Numbered from the stretch's first letter, positions 25,473 through 41,573 are shown. The stretch: DNA of 64,000 nt from Geosiphon pyriformis uo1 (GCA_016748015.1 JAAOMT010000690.1:1-64000), one strand, 5' to 3'. Numbers and translations: made by a program. The notes: generated by a model from the letters alone, not told the origin.

Positions 25473-25473
<1 letters not shown>

Positions 25474-26939
25474 ATCACGATCTCTTTATAACATAACAAA
25501 GAACAACAAAAATCCGAAAAGAAAACATGAGTAAGTTTTGGAAATGAAAGTTTGAGATTTCACTGAAAAAAATAAAAATAAAATAAAAAACTAAATGAAA
25601 CAAAACCTTAATTCCTGAACTCGTATTGAAATCTGATTAAACACGAAAAAATACCTATCATATCGGCTCTTCTTTCTCTATGACGCTAGGCAATAATTAG
25701 GTAAATTTTTTGTAAAGTGATTCGGCGGCGTTTTCCTTGTCTCAATGAGTCTTTTTGGCTGTATGGTCCTTCCCCTTCCCCTTCCCCTTCTAATTCTTCC
25801 TCCTCTATGAATTCTTTTTAAAAATGATCATAATTTGTATGTATTTTAAAATAATTTATTAACGTTAATTAATAGATCAGATATTTTAAGAATCAAGTAA
25901 ACAGATAGAGAAAAAAATAGATAACAATTAAAAGTTTCAAAAAAACATTTTTGTATTGGAACATCTCTAATGTTCTTTTTTGTCACTCACCTGGTTTGTC
26001 TTTATTGAATCAATTGTCAATTTAATTCATTCCAATTCCTATTGTTTCTTTTCTGTTGTATGGTCATTAATTATGCATTCAAAAATATAGTAATCAATCA
26101 ATATTCTGATCAAATCAATTGTTCATGTAATTTAAAAATAAAAAATAAAAATAAGTTTTTTTGATTTACATTCAGCTCAATTCAATAAAAAAGACAATGT
26201 TATTAATGGAAATAGTAGACATGTTTTTTGTTACTGTGGTCGTTGTTATTTGTTCTTTTTGTTGTTGTGGTTGTTGTTGTTTTCGTTGTTGTTGTTGTTT
26301 TTGTTTTTGTTGTTGTTGTTGTCGTTGTTGTTGTCGCTTTTTTTTTCTCTTATCTACTATTATTTGTTCGATAATGTTTTTCCGGCAAAGTAAATTATAG
26401 AACCATATTTATCACAAAATTATTTTCATTAACTGTCTAAAGACCCAAATTACTGGTTTTCGACTTTTCAAGGTCAATCACGGTTATCGTAAACGCGTCA
26501 TTTTACTATCATTTATGATTCACGCGTCATTTTTCTATCATCAATCACAGACGAATGATTTTCGCGTAAATAATTTAGAAAAGCCGGCGATATATCTACC
26601 AATTCGGTCTCGGCCTTTAAACAGACTGAATTAAGATTAATGATTTTATTTCAGAATTTTCCGAGATATTGAAAGAATAGTTTGCGAACCTCAAGACTGA
26701 AACATCATCCAATTAATGAATTTGACGGTTTCCTATTTTGGTCGTCACAAATCAAGTCTCAAGATACAATACAAGTAATTGCCGAATTTAAAAAAGTTAT
26801 GTGTAATATGTAATTTTTTGTTCATTGAACAAAAATCCTTGATTTGATTGAACCTTTATCAAATTGTTTTTTATATTACCAAATCCCTTTTAGAACATGA
26901 TTGGAACATGCCGTACAATGTATTTTTTTTATTCTTGTC

Positions 26940-27015
26940 CAATTCAATTCAATTCAATTCAATTCAATTCAATTCAATTTAATTCAATTTAATTTAATTC
27001 AATTTAATTTAATTC
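26940..27015. repeat. (AATTC)n/(AATTT)n pentanucleotide microsatellite
   Basis: Directly visible. Confidence 0.9.
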
Positions 27016-27975
27016 ACTCTCTCACTCCCTCACTCTCTATGAACCGATCTCTGGAACTCATTTTCCACCCAAAAAGACCGCCCCAATCGGGTAATATTTT
27101 CCCTAAAAATAGTAATTATATTCTCATATGCACCGGTTTTAATTGTGCACTATTCAATTTTTTACCCAATTGTTTGGGTCATGTTATTTCCAAAGGTGGG
27201 AAATAATGGAGTCTCTGAGAGCTTTGGTAAAAGAGAAGCACCAGATGATAAATAGGAATCATTGTATCATGGTTCTGGTGTTGTGTGTATAAGGAAAGAA
27301 TTAAAAAAGGGAATCGAATTAAAAAAAGCAAATTCATGATGTTGCAAAGCGTCTGTTTCCCATGATCGAATGTTTTTTATTATTATTATTTATTCTGATG
27401 ATCAAACACCACCAAAAGGTTTGTCTTTCATAATAGGAATTTCGTACACTAAACCCAAGTCCCATTCCGGAGATTTTTGCTTAATGATCTTTTGTATTTT
27501 CCGATATTTCTCCATTTGGGTAGATTCGTGTTTTTCATTAGATTGATAGAAAAATATTTCGGTTAGCGCGTTAAATAAGTATCCAGTGTGATTGGGATGA
27601 ATGAAAAAAATGTCACAAACTCATAAAACGGTATTTTTTTATCTTTTAGGAGGGAAGGGGAGGGGAGGGGGAGGGGAATATGAAGTGATAAAATCTAAAA
27701 AAGTGGTTTTCCAACTTCTCACCTTAAAACAATAAAAGGTTGATACCAAAAAAAAATTGGTCTTATTTTTGGGGGTAGAAAATATAATGTAAACACCCAT
27801 CTTAACTATCTAGTCTTTTTTTTGAAGTTTTATTTATTTAGAAGAAATTTATTGCACAGCTACACGTGAATGAATCAAAAACACATGTATAATGGATACT
27901 GGTTAAAAGAAAAATTCTTTGATAACCTATCATATATCAGATATATATTTTTTAAAATCTAATTTTGATGGTAAA

Positions 27976-28020
<45 letters not shown>

Positions 28021-29166
28021 ATAAGAAATATACTGTTAATTCTTAAATTTAAATAGATTTTTGTATTAAATGGTTAAGAAAAAAAAAAAAGACAAGATAA
28101 TACTTGAAATTTTGAAATAAAATTATTAATAAAAAATTTATATTAAATAAAGTTTTAAAATCATATGATTAATTGATTGGTTGAAATTTTAGCATGATAA
28201 CCAAAGAGTTTCAAATAAAAAAATTTTAAATGTTAAAATAATCAAAAAAATTTTGAAATTATATTGTTTGAAATTTTTAAATATATTTGTAATATATTCA
28301 AAATTATTTTGATAATTCTATTTTATAAATAGAAATTTTTTTGTATATTGTTCGATTTTAATAATAAAATAATAGTTTTAAATCTTAAATTTAGAAAAAA
28401 AAAGTTTAATTCATATAAATTAATTTTTTTATTTAAAATTAAAATTCAATTTTGAAATTAAAAAAAAATATATATTAATTTATATGTAATAAATAAAAAA
28501 TAATTTTTTTATTTATTATATATAAGTTTAAAAATAACTAAAAAAAATGAAGAAATGAAGAAATCACTATTTAATAATAATAATAATAATAATAATAATT
28601 TATTTTTAATAAATAAAATTTTTATAAAACTGAAATAATATTCTTTTAAGAATTATTTACTAATTAATATATTCTTTGAAATTTTTTCTCATTTATATTA
28701 TTATTATTATTATTTTTTTACATATAATTTAATAGTTAAAAGATTCTAATCTTGCCAAAAAATCAATTAAATAATTTCTAAAATTTTTTGCTTATTTAAT
28801 AATGAAAAAATTTTACTTAATTATTTTTTGTTCTCTTTAAAGTCTTTTTATTTGAATGTAAAAGAAAAAAGTTTTTTTTTAATATTAATTAATCAATTTT
28901 CTAAACGAATCGCTATTTAGAAAAACAAAAAAGAGATTAATCTCATTAAAAAATGGCTAACCGAATGAGTCATCTGAATATTCATTGAATAAATTAAAAA
29001 AGGTTTTTAAAAACTATGCTACATGTAAAGTTACTATACGAATTTTAACAGCAATAAATTTTATGATCAAATATGATATTAAAAAGAATTTTCTGATTAT
29101 TGAACTTTTTTATTGATTTATTCAATAAAATCATCAAAATTTTCTTTTAATTATGAGAAAACCTTC

Positions 29167-29200
<34 letters not shown>

Positions 29201-30010
29201 GTAATAATAATAATAATAATAATAATACAATATTGTGAAATTTTCATATCATTTTTCAAAGAATTTATCATACATAATAATAAAAACTAAAAATTTTTTA
29301 AGAATCATGTTTGGCATACAAATTTTTTTTTATTGATTTTAAATTTTTTTTTATCATGAAACCTTTTAAAAAAATTTGGTAACACGTTATAATTGTCAAT
29401 TAAAGTTTCAAAGGAAAACGATTACTAATTAGATTTCATTTATAATTATATAATTTAAAATCAAGCAGAAAATTATTAATTTGGGAGTCATAATATAAAT
29501 GGAAATTATAGGGTAACAATAAAATTCTTGGGGTTTCTACATTTTCAGATTATCATAAATGAAATCAATGCTATATAATTTTTCCTATTGAAACTTTTTT
29601 GATTAGAATCCTTTAATCGAGTTTTTTTTTTTTTATCACATTTTTGTTTTCAGCTATCGGGTAGATATGATTTGAAACGCTTTTTTGAAACATTTCATCT
29701 AGGAGATAGAATATCTCTTTTTAAGCCTAACAGATAACTTATTTTAGGTCAGTGCATTTTTTGTTATCTTATTGAATCTAGGTTGATGGAGGAAAGGTTC
29801 GAGAAAAAAAAAAAGTTGTACAGGAATTAAAAAGTAAACGTTATTTTCAAGTAACAAAGGAAAAAATGCTAGAAGATAGTCCGAGATCTCACCAAAAGTT
29901 TTTATAATCATCAAAATTTCATTCCCCCCTTCCCTCCCCAACCATTGATTTAAAAATGCCTGGACCGAGTATTCCTGGATTACGCACATCCCGGAATTCG
30001 GCCTTTTGTT

Positions 30011-30050
<40 letters not shown>

Positions 30051-31246
30051 TTTTGTGAATGGACTTATAGAACAATGGTCCGGGGATACAAAGAATTTTC
30101 CGGATGATCTTTTGATGGTGGTGATATATCGTTGTTGAAAGTTTTATCAAAATTTTTATCATCACAAAAATTATTATCACCAAGATTGATCAAAAGGGTT
30201 AGATTCAATTATTGGAATGAAATTCATTTGTTTTTAAACCCCGTTTCAAGATATTACTGTCGTTCCCTGACCAGATGAATCTTTAAAAAAAGTTTCAAAT
30301 TCCAAACATTTTCATTGGAAAAGGTTGACTTTTTGAAACAAAACTAGTTTCGAAATAGATTTTCAAAATATTTAACGATCGGTCGGAAATATTTTGTGGC
30401 TTTGTGAGATGAAGATCTGTAGATTTTTTGTTGTCGCGGTAAAACTCGGTAAAGAAATTCTCTATGTAGGTATGTATGTAGTATGTATGTATGTATGTAT
30501 GTATGTATGTATGTATGTATCTATATATGTATATATGTATGTATGTATTGAAATTGGGATGAGATGAACTAAAATTTTCATAATTTGATGGACGTTCAAT
30601 TGAAAAACCTTCAACTTGACCAATTCTCGTTCCGAGATTCGAATCATTTTAGGTTTTTTGTACATTTGAGATAGTGAGGATGAATAGCCTATCTGTAACG
30701 TATATGGGCATGTTTTCGCGGTCGCCATGTGCACATGTATTTTGTGCCTGTGTTTCAAAAGATCAGGAATAGGGAGAGAGCTAGGGAGGCTAGCCAGTAG
30801 TTTAGAAAACGGCGAAACTATTTGAAATGATCATCATGATGATGGGAGTTGATTAGATAAAAATGGCTACCAAATTTGAGGTTGAAAAAAGCAAATATTA
30901 AAAAATGTGTATTTTTTTGATTAGTATCTGATCTTTGATTGTTAAAAAAAAAAAAANNNNNNNNNNNNNNNNNNNNAAAGGGATGTGGTAAAAAAAAAGA
31001 AGTTTCCTATCGATTGATTTGATAAGAGAAACGGTTGAAAAACATGAGTTAAAAAATCTAGTTTCAAACTTATAACTGGTATAATAATTAAAAAAGATAA
31101 TTACGAATTTCAAATTGAACATTCTGACATAATCTGATGTCAACTTGTTATTTATGGTTATAGATGTAATTGAAAGTTTGTTTTCTTGAATAAATCAATA
31201 AAAACTTGTTTTCCATTTTACTTTATGTAATTTTGTTATTTTTATG

Positions 31247-31281
31247 GTTGTTGCTATTGCTATTGCTATTGCTATTGTTAC

Positions 31282-31318
<37 letters not shown>

Positions 31319-31320
31319 AC

Positions 31321-31351
<31 letters not shown>

Positions 31352-31358
31352 ACTGTTG
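31247..31358. repeat. (TTG)n compound microsatellite
   Basis: Directly visible. Confidence 0.9.
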
Positions 31359-31798
31359 TATTTTTGAAAAATTAAAAAATGTATATATTCGGATTGTGCA
31401 TTCTTTTTCAGCTCAAGATAATTGGGCACAGTAAGAATACCAATCAAGCCTGATAGCCTACCAGCCTGCTTAAATAATTTACACAAGAATCAAAAATTAA
31501 TATAATTGTATTGTGACTTGAAATTTTTTCATTCATTTATTCATTCATTCATTCATTCATTAATTTACTGTAATATTAATGGTCTTTCAATTTCACATGG
31601 ACAGTTGACACGTTGAAAAAAAAGTCTAGGTCCAATATTTTATTGTTATATCTTTTGGAATGCATTATATATATGAAATTTGAAATTCTTTACAAAATAC
31701 CTTTTTTGAATGTGATAGTTCATTGAATACACATCATATTTCTAGAATAAAGTAGAGAATTTCTTTTCCGTTATAAAAATTGAATTAAACATTTTGAA

Positions 31799-31835
<37 letters not shown>

Positions 31836-31917
31836 GTCTTTATTGGTTATATTTTCAATAATTAGTAAATTTTTCACGAAATTGTTCTCATCAAATAAAG
31901 AAATTAATTAATTAATT

Positions 31918-31959
<42 letters not shown>

Positions 31960-32369
31960 ATCGAGAATGGAAATTACTTAATAATTTAATTAATTAATTA
32001 ATTAATTAATCAATTGATTGATTGACTTAAAACTGAATTTCTTGTGTAATTTAACTACTTTTTTTCTTTATTTTTTTGAGATGCTTTAATGCCAGGGATT
32101 ATGCGAGAAAAATGCATACGTGTAACGTGAATGTTTACGTGAGTGAGTATGTGCGTGAGTGAGTGTGTGACAATTTTTCTTTCTTTCTTTTCTATCTATC
32201 TATAATATCTATAATTCAATGAATGCGAAAGGAGTAAGAAATAAAGGATCCACCAAGCATGCATTAAATTTATTTTTTATAATCCTGGAACTTTTTAGAG
32301 TGACAATGAGTTTTAATTTGTTTAAAACGGTTTACGAAAAAAAAAAATTTTTAATTTTTAATTTTTCCC

Positions 32370-32405
<36 letters not shown>

Positions 32406-32679
32406 TTTTTTTTNNNNNNNNNNNNNNNNNNNNAAAAAAAAAAGACTTCATTATTCATTATTGAATAGTCTCGAATTTTCATTTCATTATTATTTGTTTT
32501 TTTTTTAAGGTGATAACCCTATTTTTGTTGTTGTTGTTGTTGTTGTTGTTATCTATATCGATATGAATAAAGTTTAAACACATAAAATTCATTATACGCA
32601 TGAAACTATTGGAAATTGAAAATTCAATTTTATGTGATAAAATCTTTTAAAAAATTTTATCATATCACATTGTATACGT

Positions 32680-32718
<39 letters not shown>

Positions 32719-33483
32719 TGTGTTTATCACGAAGATTTCCAAATGTGAATTAAAAACAAAAAAGATCTCTGTAATACGAATTTTTGGTCAAAAAAATAAA
32801 GATTCAAAAAATTATTATCATTTTAAAAATTCATTTAGAATATTGTTAGTGACGACTGACTGATGAGAGATTTAATCATCCTTTGATAATGATACTGATA
32901 CTGATACTGATATCACTATAAAAGAACAAAAGTTTTGGTTAAAAAGATTGCAAATAACTTTTTCATTTTTTCAATAAATGAATGAATGAATGAATGAATG
33001 AATGAATGAATGAATGAGAGGAATGAACAATTAATAATGAATGAATGAATGAATGAATGATCATAAAAAATATTAAATCTTAAAAATTATAATAATCTTT
33101 TGTCATTAGGAATAATGATTAAAAAACAATGATATATATATATTTGATTTATTTGTTTCTAATTTAATATAAATTATAATTCTTTTCAAAATGATCACAA
33201 TGCTTGCTTTTAGATTACTTTTTTACAAAATTTTCATAATTTAGGTCAAAGATCAACATTGGTAATAGGTTTAAAATTTTTTTATTAATAAATTTTTTTA
33301 ATATTTTTTTCTTTTGTTGCAAAAAAAAACATCAATTAAAAATGGATATAATAAAAAAAAAAGAAGGAAATTATTTTTATGAATTTCTAATTTTCCTCTT
33401 TTGTTTAAATCACATTCATGTATTTCATAAGTATATATNNNNNNNNNNNNNNNNNNNNTTTTTAATTTTTAATTTTTTTTGTT

Positions 33484-33514
<31 letters not shown>

Positions 33515-35315
33515 ATTTTTTGTTTGGTGTAAATTTCATTTCTCAGGGTTCAATTCCTATCTTTTTAACAATTAGGTTAAATTACTGGAAATTTTGTATA
33601 AAAAAAAAAACGGGAAAAATTTTTTGAAAACTAAAACTTTCGGCGTTTCACAACCATGATCACAATATCATGTGATTCATTCATGATATTGTATTTTTCC
33701 TTTTTAAATTTTTGATTTTTGATTTTTAATTTTTTTTCGAGAAATAAAACACATCATTTCTGTTCTCGCATAATTGTTTAGAAAATGCAACCAAATAAGC
33801 AACGGAAATCATTATTTGAAACCACAGTAAAAAAAATTTCAAAACCAAATAAACAAGTTTTTTTAATAATACAAGTTTGTTAGTGTTTACAAAAAAAAAA
33901 TTCATTATTACTACTATTACAACTACTATTACAACTACTATTACTACTATTACTACTATTACTACCATTACTATAATAATTTTTGAGCAACTAAAAACGT
34001 ACAGCTAGAAAAAAAAACTCAGGAGGAACAAATATGTTCACGACACATATGCTATTGGGACATGTGTTGCATGATTAATATATATATATATATATATATA
34101 TATAGAGTTATATATATACATAACTGGAAAATTTATATTCTAGACTTTTGTTAAAATTAAAATTTGTACAGCTTTGCGTTCCTCAAAAATTTTTTTTTTT
34201 TTTGCATAAAAAGATATATATATATATATATATCTTTTTATTATAAATCCTAAATGGTAAAAATGGTAATCTAGCCCTAACTTTATGCTATAGAAATCAT
34301 TTCTCATGAAATGGGTCTTCATTTTTAAATTTATTGAAATAAAAAAATATTTTTCTAGAATCTTTCTTAAAGTAAATCAACAAGCATAGCGGACATACCG
34401 CTTTCTTTTCTAACATAATAACTACATTTCAAAAATGATACATCAAGTCAGTTCATTAACTAATAGGTAACTTAAAAAAATCACATGTACTTTTTTTTTC
34501 AAAAAAAAATTATTCGAAATAATAGATTAAAAAAATAAAATTTCAAAATACTCTGAAAAATAAATAAATAAATAAATATATATATATATATGATGGAATG
34601 ATTCAAAATAACTCTGAAAAAAAAAAAAAAAATTTTTTTTTTTTGACTCAAATTCTATTTATATACATAAAGAAAGGGTGAGTATCACAAATTTATGCAA
34701 AATTTACGCCAAAATTTGTTTTTCTTGATATCAATTGCATAATTTTTTTATTTTAAAAAAAATTACTATACTTTAAAATAAAATTAAAGTTTTTGCCTTT
34801 ATTCATTTTTTTGTGATTCGTGATTCATGTTTCGTGTTTCGTGTTTCGTTTTACCACTCTATCGAACATAATCTTATTAAATAGTGCAAAAAAATCTGGT
34901 TATACGTTACAAAGATTAGAAATTTGAAATTTGAAATTAGATTTTTTGAAATTAGAAATTAGATTTTTTTGAAATTATAAATTTGAAATTAAATTTTTTG
35001 AAATTATAAATTAAAAATTTTAGATATCTGTATCATGTTAAAACTGATAGTATCGTATTTTATTCCAAAAAACTTCTTCTTCTTCTATTAAATACAATAT
35101 AAATATATCTTTTAAATAATTTATTACTAAAATATCAAGAAAATTTTATTTTATCTATCATAAGATAAAAAGATTTATTAATAATGATAATGATCTAAAA
35201 ATTGATATAGATAAAACAATTTTTATTTTGAATGAAAAACTCATGATATTAATCAAAATTTTACTATGTATACATATAAATATAAATATACATATACATA
35301 TAAATATAAATATAC

Positions 35316-35347
<32 letters not shown>

Positions 35348-36385
35348 TTGTCTTAAAATTATGTATACATGTAATAATGAAATTTCTTAAAATCATGATT
35401 TTTTAAATTGTTTATAAAGATTCTTTGGTTATAATTTTTTTTTATTTTTTGATGTAAAAAGATTATGGAAAAAAAGGTTTTTTAATCAATCTATCATGAT
35501 TTCAGATTAAATTTTTAATTTAAATCAAAATAATTTTTTTATAATCAAAATAATATATATAATCAAATATTTATAATTATTTAAGATAAAAAATTTCAAT
35601 TTCTCATTATTTTTAAAATATATTTTTATGAAATAATGGTATATTTTTTTTTTAATATTATTATTAATGTAAATTATTTCATTCATATATATATTATTAT
35701 GATATAAAGTAAAATCATATAAAAACAAAATATTACAAAATATTACAGAATATTACAAGATATTACATAATAATAATAATAATAATTTATTAATTTTTAA
35801 AAATTTAAAAATTAAAATTTAATTATTAACGTAAATTTAAAAAACTTTTAAACTTAATTCTATAATAAAATATTATAAATTATTTTTTTAATTTTAATTT
35901 TAATTTTTTTTTAATAATAATAATAATAATAAAGATTTATAATATATATTTTATTTCAATCTCAAGTAGTATATAAAAAATTCAAAGAATTAAAATTTTT
36001 ATTATTTTTTAAATTTTTATCACCAAATTTCCCGTTTATAAGAATTCATCATAGATATTTCACTTAAAATATGAAATCTACTCATAAACTATTAATTATT
36101 AAATAAAATAAAATAAAATAATGACGACCAGTTTCTTCGTTTCACAATTTTTTATTACGAGATTTCCTTCTTATTCTTCTTCTTCTTCTTCTTCTTATTC
36201 TTCTTCTTATTCTTCTTATTCTTCTTATTATTATTATTCTTCTTGTTCTTCTTCTTCTTCCATAATATAATATCTAAAAATTCTGAATTGGAAATTTAAA
36301 CTTGAAAAAAAAAAAAAAATTCATATCACACAAACTTTTTTCCTCATGATATTTCAAAAATCTAAATATTAATCTCACCAATTTC

Positions 36386-36418
<33 letters not shown>

Positions 36419-37056
36419 TCAAATAATCTTTTGTTGATCTATTACATAATCAATCAATCAATCTCATAGCCTTATATCACACAAAATAATTATCACATTT
36501 TCAATCACATTTTTAACTTTTAAAATATTACTAACTACTAATGCCTAAAAGTCACCTGACTAATTCATGTACTCTGTTTATCACTTACAAATTTTTATGC
36601 GTTTGTTTATTTTTATTAAGATGTTGTTAAAACTGAAACTTTAGTTGGAAATTTATCATGGTCACCCATTTCATAATGGCAAATAATTTCGTGGATCTTT
36701 CATCATCTGGCATTAAGTACAATGAAATACGTATCTGTAATTCTACAGGAGGAGCTCGAAAATTGGTCCGCGTGGGCTATTCAATTCCCTAAATTATTTT
36801 TATTCTTGTAAATCACCATCAAATAATTAATATCAATCGCTCGACTCACGAAAAATGTTGAACTGGGGTCCTGGGGACTCTTTTGGTGTAAGATTAAAAT
36901 GAAAATGAAACCTGGAATATTGTTATGAAGTATCATTAGAGTTAAGAATGATGGTAAAGATTTACAAAAGTACCCATGGAATTATCCAACATTTTAGATT
37001 AGTCAGTTAAAAGTCTCCGCGAGGAATTTGGGTCCTAAAACTGATAATCATCATAA

Positions 37057-37094
<38 letters not shown>

Positions 37095-37106
37095 TTACTA
37101 TTACTA

Positions 37107-37143
<37 letters not shown>

Positions 37144-37200
37144 TTACTATTACTAACTACTACTACTACTACTATTACTATTACTAACTATCTATCTATC
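37057..37200. repeat. (TAC)n microsatellite with a 3x higher-order unit ending TATTACTATTACTAAC
   Basis: Directly visible. Confidence 0.9.
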
Positions 37201-37472
37201 TAAAAAAAAATCCCCCATATCAAACTAATAACCCTTCAAATATTCTAATCAATGATTCGACTAGAATCACAATCACAACTTTCGCGCACCGACACACCCG
37301 AAATCTGCGTGCTTTTGGATTAAAGAAAGGCATCACCTGTATTCTAAGTTTCATCGCCACATTCTATTCCATTCTTCTATTTCCTTTTCCTTACCTCTGG
37401 TGGATATTTTTAATTGTCATTCCCCAAAAATGAACTTTTCCAAATATACTATGTTTTACCAAACAAAAACAG

Positions 37473-37473
37473 C

Positions 37474-37558
<85 letters not shown>

Positions 37559-37618
37559 GCAAATAACAAAAACAAATAACAATAACAATAACAATAACAA
37601 CAACAAACAAACAAACAA
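37473..37618. repeat. (CAA)n microsatellite with compound tail
   Basis: Directly visible; source of the poly-C and poly-V pseudo-ORFs. Confidence 0.92.
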
Positions 37619-37973
37619 ATAAAATAAACCATTATCAAATACAAAATACCAACACACAAACAGTAAACAGCTTTATGCCTTTTCTTTTCCTCAACAATCA
37701 AGCGGTTGAAAAAGGAATCTTCAAACACATATGATGGAATAAATAGCCGAATTTTTGATTTCAAAAATAGGTTTTTTGTTTATGCTTTTTTTGGTTTTTT
37801 TTAACCAAAAAAATGTTGATATAAATAAAAAAGGGTAGGAAAAATGAGAAACGGGAGGGTCCGTTCGGTGATATCATCGTTTATTTTATCACACCGTTAT
37901 TGTTCAACTCGATCGAGTTGCAATTTTCGATGATGGATCCGAACATAAAAATACCGAAAATGGTTCATCATTA

Positions 37974-38028
37974 CATTCATTCATTCAGTCAGTCATTCAT
38001 TCATTCATTCATTCATTCATTCATTCAT

Positions 38029-38060
<32 letters not shown>

Positions 38061-38085
38061 TCCTTCCTTCCTTCCTTCCTTCCTT
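37974..38085. repeat. Compound (ATTC)n(TTTC)n(TTCC)n microsatellite
   Basis: Directly visible. Confidence 0.9.
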
Positions 38086-40032
38086 ATTCCTCCCCATTGA
38101 TCCTCATTCATTCATTCTCAACTATTCACGGTTAAGATCACCTTTTTCTTTTTATCACTTTCTCTCCTAAACTTTTCTCCAAATCAACTAACTCGGCACG
38201 TACAAATATGTTAGAAATAGGAAAAAATCTATATTTATATTTACTCGTGAATCTTTATTTCAGTGTATTTGTGTGTTTCAAGGAAGCGAAACGCGAGAAA
38301 TATTTAGAGTTCCTAAGCTTTCTAAATAATGGAATTGTTTTTGCCCCTATAAACAATGATAACCTCCCAGAAAAAGGTAATAATATATTAAAGCTTTCGT
38401 TTCTCTTCTTGTGTTCAATTTTAAATTTTTATCACCATTAGCCCTTTTTACAATTTTTAAAAGGAAATATCAGCTAAAAAAGCCTAATTTCATGGTAAAA
38501 AGTTTCAGGTTTATCTATAGAAAATCTCGTATCTTTGGGTATCCTTCACTTCCCAAAAATTTAATCTTTTTGAATAGACAGCTTTTAATCGACCGATAAA
38601 GTAATTCTGTTTCACCTATGCCACCTCCCAAAAACAACATCCTAGAGCCCATGGGACGCATATTAGGTGAAACCGTCTTTATTAAAAACTTTTTATGCAT
38701 GCATCAATGTTTAAAAGTTTGATACATGATTTTTATCAATAAAAGGTTAGCTTAAATTCTCACTTGGGCAGCGTGGGATGATTTTCAATTAAGATAACTG
38801 TGTACAAGATAACCCGAAAAGATAATGTTCATATCCCAGAAAGAATAGTGTGTGTGTGTGTGTGTGTTACATGGAGAAATTAAGAATGAACATGAGTCAT
38901 TAATAAAAGGTCTGGAATTTTACCTTTTGGTGAAACAAATTATGAAGTGAGGTAAATTAATTAGAATTTACAAAAGTATAAAGTAATAATCATAGAGAAA
39001 AACCAAATTTACCCGTTTTATTATTAATAGGTAAAACGATGAATCTATAATCTCAAACACACTGAAATCTCTAACGTAAAATTTAATATCCTGAATGCTG
39101 CATGGTAAATTATTCTTTTTCTCGACCTTCTTAATAATCCCCCCCCCCCTAACTCGATTTCCTTGGTGCATAAGACGAGGTTAAAATCATTATTATTTTT
39201 ATAGATAACCCTAGCCGCTGATTCCCTCAACAAATGAATTTTTTAGAAAAGTTTTCTTTTGATCTCTTCTATTTTCCTTCAAGATATGATAAAGTCGATT
39301 TTTGATCTGCATAATGCAGAATTTTAAAGTTTTTTAATGTTGGTTTGCATGCATAATCTTTTCCATATTGTTTTCTCTTATTAAAGGTACTTTTTAATTA
39401 ATTTTCAAAAAAGATCTTTTTTTAGCTTTCCCATCTTGTGGAGCCAAAAAAAATTTTTTTTACTGCTAATGATCAAACGAACTACTACTGGATTTCCTAA
39501 AAATTTCTACCAACTTTAAGAGGAAGTTGATTGAACATTCATTATTTTCCAAGGTTACTTTCAATGATCTCAGCCTCAACAACAACAACAACAACAACTT
39601 TGTTTCCAACCCATGCTGTATAAGTGCTCGACATTGATTTCTTGCGCACGGATATTTACAAAAATGAGAAATACTCAAAAAAAATAAAAATAAAAAAAAA
39701 CAAAAACAAAGAAATAACAAAGAGTTCACCTTTAAAAAGAGGAAGATCAAGACAATTTGGATGAATAAAAAACAGACACATATATATGATTAATGTTCTC
39801 CACTTCTTGCAAAATGGCGGCTTACACACAAACACATACAAAGGAGAAAATATCTTCACATTAAAAAAAACGCTGTAAGAATTTGATTTCATTGCATCTG
39901 TATTTTGTCAGAGACAAAAAAAAACTCCATTTGTTAATTTTATTAATTGGAATATTTTAAAGGAAAAATATTTTTGGGAAAAGATATGCTTTCAATGGTC
40001 ATAATATTTTCACTTGACAAATATCTGTTTTC

Positions 40033-40065
<33 letters not shown>

Positions 40066-40864
40066 AAGATGATGATTAAGATTGACGAATAATATTTGTT
40101 AAATGGCCTTCGATATTAAATTATTATTATTCTTATTATTATTATTATTATTATTACCGATTTACTATGTGTGTAAAATAGACGGTTTTTTTATTTTGGC
40201 AAAATTTTGCCATTGAGGAAAATCTTTAGTATTTTTTTTTTTTCGCAAGACCAAAGATCTCGCGGGATAACACGTCAACGTCGGATATTTCCATGGTGAA
40301 GGTCTGGGAGTAAATGTTTACGTGACTCTTGTCATTCTGTTTTTCAAGTACTTGTTTCTTTTCACCGTTTTCCTTGAACCTATTCTTCTTGCAGGTCGTC
40401 CCAAATTTAAAAATAACTTGAAAATTTTTTAAGTTTTTCTTTAACCTTCAAAAATGGTCAAGTCTTTAAAAACTCCTAAAGTCTATACTAAAATTAAATT
40501 TAAAGGCTAGCCCGTGGATAAAAAAGAATCGTTGCACAATTGTACATGATACTTTTCCTTGGCGATGGCATATTTTCAGCGAAAAAAAAAGATTTTGCAG
40601 GAAAAAGCCTAAACTGGTTACTAGTAAAAAATAGGTAGGATAGATGACGGTCAAGGAAACATTTTGGCACAAAAAAGAGTGTCCGTTTACTTCCGATAGT
40701 AACATGTATTATATCATAATCGTTTCATTAAAAAATTCAGGCATGAGAAAAAATTTTTATGATCATGGAAATTATGACATAGTTTTTCACTTTTTCGAAA
40801 TTTTTTTTACCTAAACTAATTCTTCTTCAACCAAAGATAGTTAAAATAATTTTTTGTCGCCTTG

Positions 40865-40930
40865 GGGGGAGGGGGAGGGGGAGGGGGAGAGGGAGAGGGA
40901 GAGGGAGAGGGAGAGGGAGAGGGGGAGGGG
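40865..40930 (+). repeat. (GGGAGA/GGGGGA)n purine tract, G-quadruplex-capable
   Basis: More than four G3+ runs with 1-3 nt loops. Confidence 0.85.
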
Positions 40931-41447
40931 TTTTTTTAACCCAACAATATAGCCCGCCCCCCAAAGTTCAAACTTTATTGAAAAAACCGTTAAAACCAGA
41001 TTGAATACTTGTTCTTTTTGATTGTAAAAATAAAAAAATAAAAAAAATAAAAAAGATTATGTTGATTACAGATCAAAAAGGCGCTCAATAGACTCTACCT
41101 CCCTTCTACCCACCCACACACTCAATATCTTTGTCTTTCAATTTACCGCGGTTCATCTTTTCATTTATCAGACATGCGCAAAAAATATAGCTATTGTTAT
41201 CCTAACCAGTCGAAATCCTGTAGTAAATGATCATCATCATCAAAGTAGCATTGATTGGCTTAAAAGACCGCAAAAACTTTACCGAAATTCGGTCTTATTT
41301 ATTTGTGTATGTCATTTTATTTGTATAGAAGTGTGTTCTTTTTTTGATTTTTTTGAATTTGGTTTCCATTTGTTTGTCCATCATATCAGCGGGTGGGTGA
41401 TAAAATCCCTCTTTATAGTTAACATCAAACAAACTTTTCCACCGTCG

Positions 41448-41499
<52 letters not shown>

Positions 41500-41525
41500 A
41501 ATAATACTACTACTACTACTACTAT

Positions 41526-41558
<33 letters not shown>

Positions 41559-41573
41559 CACTACCATTACCAC
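41448..41573. repeat. Compound (CAT)n(TAC)n microsatellite
   Basis: Directly visible. Confidence 0.9.
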
